IMG/VR virus record: IMGVR_UViG_3300007094_000198
Span: 1 to 58,788 of that record
Reading direction: 5' to 3' (one strand)
Source of the DNA: a virus
Taxonomy: Duplodnaviria > Caudoviricetes
Length of the DNA: 58,788 nucleotides
Part shown: positions 1-9,440 of the stretch, one piece after another
Layout: every line of letters starts with the position of its first letter
How positions within the stretch are numbered: position 1 is the first letter of the stretch
Notes under the pieces: generated by a model
The model's input: only the letters and a program-made list of their open reading frames with translations
Databases searched by the model: none
What the model was told of the DNA's origin: nothing
Translations under genes and position numbers: made by a program

Positions 1-510
1 CGTCATCACGATTATCTCCTGGGACGCCGTAACGCACAGGCTTTTCTGCGCGCAAATTTTGCATTGCCGGTCAATAATCCATTATTCTCTGAATTTCCTG
101 AGGAACGAAGACAAAAATGGCTGGTGCGCGACATCGCCAGCGGCAAACTCCGCACCCATCAGACTGCAGAGGGTGAACGCGCGGGACTACCAATAATTCC
201 GCTGACGCCAGAACTACTCAAGGAGATTTCCATCGGCCCGGCTGATCTGCCAAAACCACAGGTCTTCGATAATCCAGCCATCTCTTTGCAACTCAGAACG
301 GCGATTGACAAGCGCTCCACCCGCGTCGTCGACGTTCTTATCGAAAACGATTTGCGCGGCATGATATCTGGCCGATTTGGTTATCTGAAAAGAATGGGAG
401 CAAAATACTTCGGCGCCGACCTCCTGACGACCAAATTTACCGAAGCAGTGCTGGGCCCCGGTGGCGCGATCGACAGCGTACGCGCTGCATTTTATCCAAC
501 GAAGTTCTAG
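1..510 (+). CDS. C-terminal part of a probable patatin-like phospholipase (5' truncated by window), bacterial-type segment
   Basis: Frame is open from base 1 (RHHDYLLGRRNAQAFLRANFALP..NPLF..LPIIPL). The HDYLLGRRN motif resembles the C-terminal region of bacterial patatin-family proteins. Confidence 0.45.
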   Translation, partial: RHHDYLLGRRNAQAFLRANFALPVNNPLFSEFPEERRQKWLVRDIASGKLRTHQTAEGERAGLPIIPLTPELLKEISIGPADLPKPQVFDNPAISLQLRTAIDKRSTRVVDVLIENDLRGMISGRFGYLKRMGAKYFGADLLTTKFTEAVLGPGGAIDSVRAAFYPTKF

Positions 511-572
511 GGGGTTATATGCGCTTTGCAGAATGGACGCCGCCTTGGCGAGCATGACGCGTTTGACTCTTA

Positions 573-1633
573 TTATACTTGCGTTCGCAATACTTTAAGT
601 CTTAAAAACTTATTATCCCCCGAAGGGAGATTCCCGAAAAATTCTTTGTATTGTTTCGAAAATCTCCCGAGATGATTGATGTTATGTTCATTAGCCATAG
701 TCGTTATACTCTTATATGAGCCTTGTTTTATCATTTCTGCGCGCATTTGATATAATCTAATTATTTTCTTCAGAGCCACAAAGCCTAAGCCCAATTGTTC
801 CTGAACCGCAAGTTGTATTGATCTTCTGATGACGTTCAGAATTTCTGTGAGTTCATCAAGAGTTATGTCCCTGCAATCATCGCGCTCTGATGGCGATAAC
901 CATAGTAATTGTTCAATTCTCAGCGCCAGATCCCGCCTTGCCTGACTGCTAAGTTTGTTTTCAAGTATATTTTCCAGGGTAATTTCATTTACGACATTTC
1001 GGGACATTTCGACGAGTGTGTCATGGTCGAAAACATTGGAGATTTGATTACATCCAGGAATCTCTATTGAGGAAATGTCATGATTTGAGTTCACATCGTC
1101 AAAATGAATGCCTGTCTCTTCATCAAACTTGCGCAGAACATTTACAGCTCTCTGCTTCAGGCGTAACGCCGCCGTGCAGGTTTTACAACGAGTGACCTTC
1201 CTGATCCAAACAGTTTTCCCATATTTTTTATTCCGATCAACGCCTCTGGAGCGAGGATCTGATCAGCAAGAGCTTTTGAAAAATTCAATTCAATTCCAAG
1301 CGCGCCAACATCTGACAAGCCATCCCAATCATGACCGCCAATCCTAATCATCAGGATGCTGTCTATTTTTCCGAAACCCTGCAGCCTGGCTTCGACAGTA
1401 GAGTAGCTGTCAATAAAATTTAACTGCAAGCCCTGTTTTTTAAGACCTGCATTGAATCTGACCTGCCCTCTAAAGTCGTAGCGGACTATCTCAAAGTCGT
1501 CGGAGAGCGGCAGATTTGTCTTGGATTACCAGAAGGATTTCGGATCGAAACTGTAAATCGTAAAATCCCAGTTTTCGGGTGAAACAAATCGATCTTGCTC
1601 TGTTGTCGCCAGATATTTAGCTCTCAGCATCAT
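573..1633 (-). pseudogene. AraC/EutR-like transcriptional regulator, disrupted
   Basis: ATG at about 1630, in-frame TAA at 1526-1528, the same frame continues as ORF 1157-1429, then a frameshift near 1160-1260 into ORF 573-1094, which ends in an AraC HTH (ITTMANEHNINHLGRFSKQYKEFFGNLPS). Confidence 0.65.
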
Positions 1634-1890
1634 CCGATCCGTCGATGATATTCCTCATATTTTTTTGATGAATAAATTTTGCCGCTCAAAAAATTCTTCG
1701 GTCTCTTTTGTGTTGTGCTGTGTTCGGATGACTGTGAAAGATAAGAGATTATCCATATTGTGCGGTTCAATGCCGGGATTATTCTGCTCGGCAGCCGCAG
1801 GACACAGGCCATCGTTGTCAAAAATGTTTCAGGTTACGGGCAGTGGATCGAGCTGGAGGTTGCTCTCTTCATAGGAATGGCGCCTTAGGA

Positions 1891-2433
1891 TCAAACCATG
1901 TGCGCCTCCGCACATACGGTCGTCATTTGTTTAAATAGTTTTAGTTCATCGAGACAAAAGCGATGAGGGGAATACCAATGACCAAGATCTTCAATAAGAG
2001 TAATATTATGTACTTTCTCAAACTGCGCTAATGTATCTTGTATGTCTATTTTATCTGTGGTATATTTTTCAACAGCGTCATTAATCGCCTTTAAAAGACT
2101 TTTTTCTTTTAAAAATTTTTCAGTGTTATGCACTAACTCGTCTTTATTGAATTTTGAATCTAACTGCTTAAGCTTAGCGCTTACTTCATTAAAAGCTTTC
2201 TTTTCAATATCTGAAGTTAGCCTTGCTTTTATCTCAGTAAGAGAAGGTACTACCCCTCTCTCGTTAAAAAACGAAGCAATAGACTTAAAGATTGTGCCTA
2301 TGTTTTTATCATTAAAAAACATAGGGTCTAAATGCTCAACAATAGAAGCTAAATACTCTTGATTTAAGAGTGCATTTAATAAAATAACACCTTCGTAGTA
2401 TTCAAAGTCTAGTTTACTTGAATCTGCTGGCAT
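1891..2433 (-). pseudogene. gp41: T4 gp41-like replicative helicase, N-terminal fragment truncated at about 1970
   Basis: N-terminus resembles gp41 (ILLNALLNQEY..F..I..F....PS..EI; ..EDLGHWY) and follows uvsX as in T4-like phages. It has no RecA-like ATPase domain, and the last ~26 codons run into the unrelated GC-richer segment. Confidence 0.75.
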
Positions 2434-2437
2434 TATA

Positions 2438-3544
2438 TTAAATATTTTCTAGTTCTTCTTCAATTTCTTTTGTTGTTGTGTCTGCACCGTAACAAAGCTT
2501 CTCCTGAAGCGCGTTTTCAAGGTCCGGCATAATCTTTTCCCAAAACTCTGGAGATTTTTCTACATCTTTTCTATAACCTAAACTTTCTCCTTTATATATA
2601 ACCGTACGCCCTGGTTTTTCAATTACACCAAAAGCTTCTGCGATTTCAAAAAGACCGGCATGTTTATCAAGCCCTGTTTTAAAGTTTAAATAAAGCTCGG
2701 TTTTTAGATATGAAGGTACAAAACGATTTTTTACCGTCAAGGCGCCTAAAGTGACACCGGAGATGTTATGTGCTATTGCAATTGATTGCTCTTCCGGGTT
2801 ATCTGATGATTTCTCGTTACGGGTGCTTAGCTGCACAAGTACAGAAGCGAGATATATAGGTCCTTTACCACCACTCTGCGTTTTAACAAGAGTTGGAAAC
2901 ATTTCCATACCTTCATATATGTGATTGCTAAACAAAATCGGTACTTTAGCTTTAGCAGCTTTATATGTTAAAGTACGCATCATGGATTTTATCGCTTTAG
3001 CTCTCTGCCCGACATCACTTGCTTCCTTACCTGCTGCTGTATCTCTAACTTCTTTAGCACTTGCAAGGTTGCCTAGAGAATCAATTGCTACAATAAATTT
3101 AAGATCAGGGTTATCAGCTTTAATAACATTATCAAGAAACATACACATCTGGTTTCTACAATCCTCAATAGTCTCGACAGGGTAATACTTAACTCTAGAC
3201 GTATCCATACCTGCGTTCTGTGCACTCTTCTTATCTACTGCAACCTCCGAGTCCCAAATAACTGGCATGTACCCTTTCTTCTGAGCATTAGCCATAATTT
3301 TATTCATTATAAGTGTCTTACCGGCCATAGAAGGGCCTGCGAACCCTGTTATTCTACCTGAGGGTATTCCTTTATAGAGAGAGCCTGATATAATCGCGTT
3401 TAATGCATACGAACCAGTGTCAATCCAGTCTTCAGCTGTAGAAAGAGTAGCTGCATCTAAAATTGCAGCATCTGGGTTAAGGTCATCTACCCCTTTAAAG
3501 ATATCTTTTAAGTTAACGTTTTCACTTTTATTTTTTGTAGCCAT
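2438..3544 (-). CDS. uvsX: UvsX RecA-like recombinase
   Basis: WIDTGSYALNAIISGS, Walker A GPSMAGKT, Walker B VAIDSLGNL, SGGKG and KNRF motifs. Confidence 0.95.
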   Translation of the reverse strand: MATKNKSENVNLKDIFKGVDDLNPDAAILDAATLSTAEDWIDTGSYALNAIISGSLYKGIPSGRITGFAGPSMAGKTLIMNKIMANAQKKGYMPVIWDSEVAVDKKSAQNAGMDTSRVKYYPVETIEDCRNQMCMFLDNVIKADNPDLKFIVAIDSLGNLASAKEVRDTAAGKEASDVGQRAKAIKSMMRTLTYKAAKAKVPILFSNHIYEGMEMFPTLVKTQSGGKGPIYLASVLVQLSTRNEKSSDNPEEQSIAIAHNISGVTLGALTVKNRFVPSYLKTELYLNFKTGLDKHAGLFEIAEAFGVIEKPGRTVIYKGESLGYRKDVEKSPEFWEKIMPDLENALQEKLCYGADTTTKEIEEELENI

Positions 3545-3555
3545 ATTTCCTGTAA

Positions 3556-3583
3556 ATTATACACGTTATTTTTCTTATTTCAA
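3556..3583 (-). promoter_or_regulatory. sigma70-like promoter upstream of uvsX (TTGAAA-N16-TATAAT)
   Basis: Hexamers read directly; the same 16-bp spacing recurs at several other genes. Confidence 0.7.
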
Positions 3584-3584
3584 G

Positions 3585-3616
3585 AAAAAAGCCCCGTAAA
3601 TAAATACGGGGCTTTT
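3585..3616 (-). terminator. Intrinsic terminator
   Basis: AAAAGCCCCGTA-loop-TACGGGGC followed by a T6 run on the minus strand. Confidence 0.85.
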
Positions 3617-3638
3617 GCATACTTGATGTTAATTTCTT

Positions 3639-4001
3639 TTATTCATCATCAAACAGTTTAACGACATCCGCAGGGGCGCTTTGTGGTTGTACTGTTACTG
3701 GTGCAAAAAGTTGCTGATATTGAGCATTAAGCTTAAAATCAAACAACAGTTCTTCGCACACTGTGATACTATTCTTATGGTAGTGCCAAACAGTAGCTTC
3801 GTTTTTATCAGCTAAAAACTCCTTAAAAAATAAAGGTAAAATTTGCAACTGCAAACCACCTTGTGGTTGCGGGGAAATTGCAACAACAGCTGGGTTTTTA
3901 ACTGCAAGAATTTCTTCTGTGGTTTTTTCATCAACACGTTCGCCGAGCACTGTACGGCCAACAGAATCTAGAAATGTGATTAGTTTGTTTTCTTGTTTCA
4001 T
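3639..4001 (-). CDS. Hypothetical protein, possibly Sm-like beta-barrel as seen in T4-like replication modules
   Basis: 120 aa beta-rich pattern (LITFLDSVGRTVLGE..LAVKNPAVV..LQILP). Confidence 0.45.
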   Translation of the reverse strand: MKQENKLITFLDSVGRTVLGERVDEKTTEEILAVKNPAVVAISPQPQGGLQLQILPLFFKEFLADKNEATVWHYHKNSITVCEELLFDFKLNAQYQQLFAPVTVQPQSAPADVVKLFDDE

Positions 4002-4044
4002 GTTCGTATCTATTTTATGTTTCTTTTTTTAATAAATCCACTTA

Positions 4045-4953
4045 TTACTGTCTAGGGGTCTTACAAAACCCTGCATTTGCATCTTGAAGAAACTCTGGTA
4101 TTAATTCTTTTTTATTCGCTCTAACAGGGTTAATATCCAAGCTACCCCGTCTCACATAAAAACAACCTACCAACAGTTCTTCTGGTTGGAAAACTTCTAA
4201 TAAACGTACATACATACACTCGCAAATTTCCTCATGAAAATGACACTCGTTTCTAAAGCTTATTATATACTTTAATAAGCTTTCTTGATCTAGTATATTT
4301 TTAGATGAAATATGTATATAAACATCCCCTGCGTCAGGTTGCCCTGTAACTCTGCAATTAGATCTCAATAAACTACTCCTAAACCGCTGCACTACCGGCA
4401 TTAGCGCAGCATCACCTGACTGTTTTAACAGGGTTTTATCTTCATTATACGCATTAGTAGCGAGATTTGGATTAATATCATCTATACATTTAAACGTACT
4501 AAAATAACGCAAGGCGTCGAGCGTAAGTGGGGTTTCTGTAGCAGGGAAAACTCGTACCTGTACATTAGCCTCTAAAAACGTCGATAAATCTTCAGACGCT
4601 GTCTTTTCAATATTTGAAATAACATCTTGAGGGGTATCTCCGAATTTAGACATATTAAAAGAATTAAAATACAATTTAGCAGATTTCGATTCAACAATAT
4701 ATGGATTATTACACGGGTAGGTTATTTTCGCGATACCTGTAACCGGTAAACCTGTATTCGTAAGGGCGCTTATCTCCCAGTTATTCCAAATATCTACCCC
4801 TACAAAAGGTAGATCTCCTTCTTTAATATCGAGATACTCTCTATTGCTGGATCTCTTCTCTCTAACTAAAATACTTGCATCGTATTGTTTCGGTGCATCT
4901 ACTCGTTGACCGAGAACCTTGCTTATCTCTGTATTATCTAGTGTGTTGTTCAT
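4045..4953 (-). CDS. queF: QueF, NADPH-dependent preQ0 (7-cyano-7-deazaguanine) reductase, bimodular type
   Basis: QueF motif VESKSAKLYFNSFN, catalytic SNCRVTGQPD, FHEEICE, RRGSLDINP. Confidence 0.92.
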   Translation of the reverse strand: MNNTLDNTEISKVLGQRVDAPKQYDASILVREKRSSNREYLDIKEGDLPFVGVDIWNNWEISALTNTGLPVTGIAKITYPCNNPYIVESKSAKLYFNSFNMSKFGDTPQDVISNIEKTASEDLSTFLEANVQVRVFPATETPLTLDALRYFSTFKCIDDINPNLATNAYNEDKTLLKQSGDAALMPVVQRFRSSLLRSNCRVTGQPDAGDVYIHISSKNILDQESLLKYIISFRNECHFHEEICECMYVRLLEVFQPEELLVGCFYVRRGSLDINPVRANKKELIPEFLQDANAGFCKTPRQ

Positions 4954-5468
4954 AAATTGTTTTTAATTTGCTGTATTCTTTCGTTTACTGTACCGCTTAA
5001 GCGAGTCACTTTGACTTTATAATTCACTATTATAGCTTCAAAATTTTTATTTACTATATTAAAAAAATCTTGATTTGTAGATCTCTCTCCGTCGTTTACG
5101 AGTGGTAGCTCAGGTGTTATATAAAAAATCTTATCATACTTTCTTATCATTAACTCAAATAATTTAGTTATAACTACTCTTTCCGGTTGTTCAATTTTAT
5201 CAAAAAAGTACATACTATACGCTAAACCATCGAGTGCGCATCGATCTAATACCGCGTTACCTTCATATTGTAACCGCTCATAATGATTAAGCATTACGTA
5301 GAGCTGGGTTACTGCAGTTCCATTCTCGTTAATAGGAATACCTTTTTGATTTAAGTTTCTAGTTAAATTTGTAAAAAAATTATAACCAGTAAAATCAGTA
5401 TCACTTTCTAAAGCTCTTACTAAAGTACTTTTACCTTGACTCGCGCCGCCTGATATTGCTATTTTCAT
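4950..5468 (-). CDS. P-loop nucleotide kinase (AAA_28/dNMP-kinase-like)
   Basis: GGASQGKST Walker A, LDRCALDGLAY, YDKIFY and DGERST motifs. Confidence 0.75.
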   Translation of the reverse strand: MKIAISGGASQGKSTLVRALESDTDFTGYNFFTNLTRNLNQKGIPINENGTAVTQLYVMLNHYERLQYEGNAVLDRCALDGLAYSMYFFDKIEQPERVVITKLFELMIRKYDKIFYITPELPLVNDGERSTNQDFFNIVNKNFEAIIVNYKVKVTRLSGTVNERIQQIKNNL

Positions 5469-5998
5469 AATTTCTGTTTTAAAAAGTTATACCACAATTT
5501 TGTAGCTCTTTTATGTGTTAATCCAGTTATTATTTCTAAATTAAACCCTTTTACTAAGAACTCATCTTCTAAAAAAATTTCACCACTATCAAGTTCTGCA
5601 GTACACTTATGTATGGTATTCCCACCATATTCTAATTTTTGTTCAAAAATTCTCTTCTGTGGGTCTTTGCCCTTTAAAAACGGGTACCTCGTTAACGGGG
5701 CCGGGTGTAGATTGTATATATTATATTTCTCGCAAATCTCTGGTGGTACAATTCTCAAGAACCCGTGAAGCGTTACAATATCTGCCCCCTCTAATATCAC
5801 ATCATACTCTTCAATACTCGGTTTTTTTTCTAAAAAAATAAAACGATCCCACCCAGTATTTACTAAATTATAATTTACTTTTTCAACATCTTGAAATTCT
5901 CTATTTGTTGCAATTACATCTGGTAAACGCTTTAAATCCCGAGAAAGATTGTAAATTTCACTACCTGTTTGCGAAAACAACGCGACCCATCTCTTCAT
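5465..5998 (-). CDS. dpdN: PurN-like formyltransferase, candidate preQ1 formyltransferase (DpdN-like)
   Basis: FSQTGSE, LHGFLRI, NLHPA and GNTIH..ELDSGEI formyltransferase motifs; lies between a DpdA-like gene and queF. Confidence 0.7.
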   Translation of the reverse strand: MKRWVALFSQTGSEIYNLSRDLKRLPDVIATNREFQDVEKVNYNLVNTGWDRFIFLEKKPSIEEYDVILEGADIVTLHGFLRIVPPEICEKYNIYNLHPAPLTRYPFLKGKDPQKRIFEQKLEYGGNTIHKCTAELDSGEIFLEDEFLVKGFNLEIITGLTHKRATKLWYNFLKQKL

Positions 5999-6825
5999 TT
6001 AGTTACTATCTTTCTAAACATGTTAACATTATACCACACATCTTTCAACTGTTGAGTGGTGAGTTCTGCATTTATAAAATCAACTAATTTATAAGACCAT
6101 TTCTCATCAAGCCCGTGTTCCTTATACTTCTTACCTAACATACCTGCGACTATAGGGTTCGAAGTATCAATAGTATCTATATAGTGATCCAGTTCAAGAT
6201 ACTTATAAAAACCAAACTCAACAGGTAAAGAGCAACCTAAGAGATGTAATTTCTTTTTCGAGGAAAGAATTTCTTCTTGATGCAATCTATACAACGTAGC
6301 TGCTCGTCCGAGAGCATATCCCCACCATTTACCTTCGTTTGTTGAAAAATTAAGCCGCTTTGCGTATTCTCTACATTCTTCACTCAAATAATAGCTATAA
6401 TCAAAAGAAATAGCTATCTTGTTAACTAGCTCGTTACTCGAAAAATATAAATAAAGGTCCTTAATCTCTTCGTACGTTTTACCTTGTACAACAGCTATAC
6501 GCTTACCTGGTAAATCGCTATATTTTGCTATAAAGCTTTCAAAACTAACTTTAGTCTGCTCTGCTTCTTCTAAGACGTCAGGTATAATATATTCTGTCGG
6601 TCTTAAATCATTAACCCACTTTGCAAATTCGTCAGGGTTATATGATTCGCCAAGTTCGAATATACTGTTATCCAGTAACACATGTCTACCGCTTTCAACA
6701 GAAGAAAAATAATGCTCTCTATACTTTTCGTGTTGCGGTAAAAGATGTACAAGACAATAGCAATACGAATTAAAAGATTGGGAAATATCTAAAAGATCTA
6801 TCGGTACTTCATGGGAGATTCTCAT
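5995..6825 (-). CDS. dpdA: tRNA-guanine-transglycosylase-like protein (DpdA3-like 7-deazaguanine insertion/synthesis enzyme)
   Basis: TGT-like TIM-barrel motifs LLDNSIFE, IPDV, AVVQG, LHLLG and DTIDTSNP; context with queF and the polymerase. Confidence 0.78.
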   Translation of the reverse strand: MRISHEVPIDLLDISQSFNSYCYCLVHLLPQHEKYREHYFSSVESGRHVLLDNSIFELGESYNPDEFAKWVNDLRPTEYIIPDVLEEAEQTKVSFESFIAKYSDLPGKRIAVVQGKTYEEIKDLYLYFSSNELVNKIAISFDYSYYLSEECREYAKRLNFSTNEGKWWGYALGRAATLYRLHQEEILSSKKKLHLLGCSLPVEFGFYKYLELDHYIDTIDTSNPIVAGMLGKKYKEHGLDEKWSYKLVDFINAELTTQQLKDVWYNVNMFRKIVTK

Positions 6826-6842
6826 AAAAACATAATAATAAA

Positions 6843-9395
6843 TTACTCTCCAAATAAATCAAATAAATCGGTCTGTACTTCTTTAGATAAATTCGGCATT
6901 CTCCAGTTAATAGCTTCGTACACACTTTCAATCGGAGCAGCTACAATTTTTTCAAACATTTTATTATAATCAATCTTTATATACTCCTTAAACTCTTCTG
7001 GAAACTCCGCTACAAACGCAACAGCATCTAAATTGTAACGGTTTTTTGTTGCGTAAAAATACTTTATTTTTTGCCCAGAATTTATTCTTTCGTATTTACT
7101 TTCTAAATCGTGTTGCTTTAATAATAAATTATAAGCAATTGCTGCTTTAACGTGACACGGTGTACCTTTCTCAAAACCACTTAAACTAGCAGTCTTACCG
7201 TATTTTTCGTAATCCTTCACAGCTCGACGAAAAGACGCATCTTGTATATCTAAGTTTTTAAACTCTTCAAATACTTCTCTAAATATATCATTCGTTTGTT
7301 TAATATCTTTTGTGAGAAACGCAGTTTCAATAGTTTTTTTAATTAATTCTTTTACTTTCTTTGGTGTTGTTGACCTTGCTATCTCAACACCAACATACTT
7401 AAATTTGTTAACCGGAACACCTTCATCGTCTAATACACGTATAATGTAACGCTTTTTTTGTAAAAAAGTACCAACATCCGCTATAGCTTCTCTCTTAAAT
7501 TCGTAGCGCGGGTCCATTGAGTTTAGCTCAGCACTCGCCCACTCAAGTATTTCTGTATTAACAACCTTATCTAGATCATCAACTACTTCGTGTGCTTCCT
7601 TCGTAATCTGTCCTGTCTGATCTACAAGCTTAATATCACACTTTTTTAAGATAGGTTGAATTGTAATATAACATGAATCTGTGTCATTGTAAATAACGAT
7701 ATCTTCTTCGACTCCGTATTTCTTGTTTACGTAGCGTCTAATAATATCAGACCCTGCTTTAGCAACCGCTTGTCCTGTGAGGGTAATTGAAGAAGCATTA
7801 TCTATATCCATAAACGGGGAATGTTTATTAGCGAATACTCCGTAAATTGAGTTTAGAAGAATCTTTAACGTATACTGTAAGGTATCGTAATAGATAATAC
7901 CGTCTTTAGTTTCTTTATCTTTCTTCTTAGTTAGTTGAAGCTCTTTCATTTTCTTTTTAGCCTCTACTCTCTCTGCATAAATCTTATTGATTAGATTAGG
8001 ACATACTCCTTTAAATTTTTGAGAATACAATACCCCTGCTTTTGAGACTGCTACTTTTTCATTTTTAATAAATTCTTTAAACTTAGAGGTACTGATTGTT
8101 GATACTTTACCACTAACCAATTTAATATCTATTTTTTCATCTGTTTCAATGTTCCCTGTAACAATCTTACCTAATTTCGTTTCCGAAGAAATGTTTAACG
8201 TTATAATAGTATTTGGGTATAGAGAGTTAACGTCAAAACTCACTATACTATCATGTAAACCTCTAACCGGGTCTTTAACAAAACCACCTGCTAGAGAATC
8301 TCGTATTTCCTCATTAACAAAAGTAGGTATAACATAACCTTGCTCTCTAGCCTGTAATGACATTGCCCCGGTAACAATAGCAATTTTACCGAGAGCAGAT
8401 TCAAAATTCGTACAACCTTTGTAAGCTAAAAGACGCACAATGTTGAGGTAATTTAGCTTTTTATCTAACTTTATAAGCAAGTTGACATCTTGTATATTAT
8501 AATCAACAAAATTCTCCCAATCTGTCTCTGCTAGATTTGAAAGATTTGTTGCGTTAATAGCTAACTTACCTTCTTGTAGTTCATACTCGGTTATATAATT
8601 TAAAGAATATGATTCTCTATCCCCTTTAGAGAATTTTTTATATAAATCCATGTAATCAATACAACTTATACCGTTAATAACCCACTTACCTGTATCTTGA
8701 CCAAAGTCGTTATGAAACTCCCTGTATCTTAAGCTTCTTAAAGGAGACAATTGATTGATAAATTCATCATTAAGAAGTTTTCTACCTCTATTAATAATGT
8801 ACGGTATATCAAACTGTTCAGAGTTCCAGCCTACCCAAATATCTGGAGGATCAGCTTTCCAGAAATTCATAAATTTTTCAAATAACTCGCACTCAGATCT
8901 ACAGCGATGGTATCTTACGTTTTTAAGTTTGGGTGTATACTCTTTCTCAATACCCCAGGTATCTATTTGATCGGTTAACGAGTTATAAACAGTAATGAGC
9001 ACAACCGGGTCTTTCGCTTCTTTTGGTTTCGGAAACTCGTTTGGAGAAAACGTTTCAATATCAAAATAATATACTTTAAGTGGAAATTTACTAAAATCCT
9101 TATCATGAACTGTTTCATGAAACATATCTATAAGAAATTGCTGCTCGGGGGGTAAATTACCAAACAAACGTTTCTTACCAGATTCTTTTACGTATTTGTT
9201 TCTTTCAAAGCTATTTTGAAAGTTTTTTCTCTTTAAAGGGGTCTTAAATATTGATGTTGCGCAATTGGCGTTGTCTTCCTCAACAAAGAGGTACGGGGTA
9301 AAAGGCATTTCCGTGTCTATTCTTACCCCCTCTTCAGACCAAGTACGTAGAAACACAGTGCTTGTATAACTATTGTAGTAGCAGTTTCGATACAT
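6843..9395 (-). CDS. gp43: Family B DNA polymerase (gp43)
   Basis: Exonuclease motifs FDIET, GWNSEQFDIPY, YNIQD; polymerase motifs SFDVNSLYP, KILLNSIYG, YNDTDS, KKRY. Confidence 0.97.
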   Translation of the reverse strand: MYRNCYYNSYTSTVFLRTWSEEGVRIDTEMPFTPYLFVEEDNANCATSIFKTPLKRKNFQNSFERNKYVKESGKKRLFGNLPPEQQFLIDMFHETVHDKDFSKFPLKVYYFDIETFSPNEFPKPKEAKDPVVLITVYNSLTDQIDTWGIEKEYTPKLKNVRYHRCRSECELFEKFMNFWKADPPDIWVGWNSEQFDIPYIINRGRKLLNDEFINQLSPLRSLRYREFHNDFGQDTGKWVINGISCIDYMDLYKKFSKGDRESYSLNYITEYELQEGKLAINATNLSNLAETDWENFVDYNIQDVNLLIKLDKKLNYLNIVRLLAYKGCTNFESALGKIAIVTGAMSLQAREQGYVIPTFVNEEIRDSLAGGFVKDPVRGLHDSIVSFDVNSLYPNTIITLNISSETKLGKIVTGNIETDEKIDIKLVSGKVSTISTSKFKEFIKNEKVAVSKAGVLYSQKFKGVCPNLINKIYAERVEAKKKMKELQLTKKKDKETKDGIIYYDTLQYTLKILLNSIYGVFANKHSPFMDIDNASSITLTGQAVAKAGSDIIRRYVNKKYGVEEDIVIYNDTDSCYITIQPILKKCDIKLVDQTGQITKEAHEVVDDLDKVVNTEILEWASAELNSMDPRYEFKREAIADVGTFLQKKRYIIRVLDDEGVPVNKFKYVGVEIARSTTPKKVKELIKKTIETAFLTKDIKQTNDIFREVFEEFKNLDIQDASFRRAVKDYEKYGKTASLSGFEKGTPCHVKAAIAYNLLLKQHDLESKYERINSGQKIKYFYATKNRYNLDAVAFVAEFPEEFKEYIKIDYNKMFEKIVAAPIESVYEAINWRMPNLSKEVQTDLFDLFGE

Positions 9396-9406
9396 AATAT
9401 ATAGCC

Positions 9407-9434
9407 ATTATATGCTATATACTTTTCAAATCAA
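9407..9434 (-). promoter_or_regulatory. sigma70-like promoter for the polymerase (TTGATT-N16-TATAAT)
   Basis: Hexamers read directly, 11 nt before ATG. Confidence 0.6.
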
Positions 9435-9440
9435 ATTCAA

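Noticed and set aside
1-2433. Integrated prophage boundary (att site)
   Set aside because: No integrase or direct repeat is visible, and the break falls inside an essential gene.
5465-5998. Ordinary purine-biosynthesis purN
   Set aside because: No other pur genes in the window, and it is translationally coupled inside the dpdA-kinase-queF block.
4045-6825. tRNA queuosine pathway
   Set aside because: The TGT-like protein is short and lacks the zinc-binding Cys cluster of tRNA TGTs, QueA/QueG are absent, and the genes are linked to the DNA polymerase.
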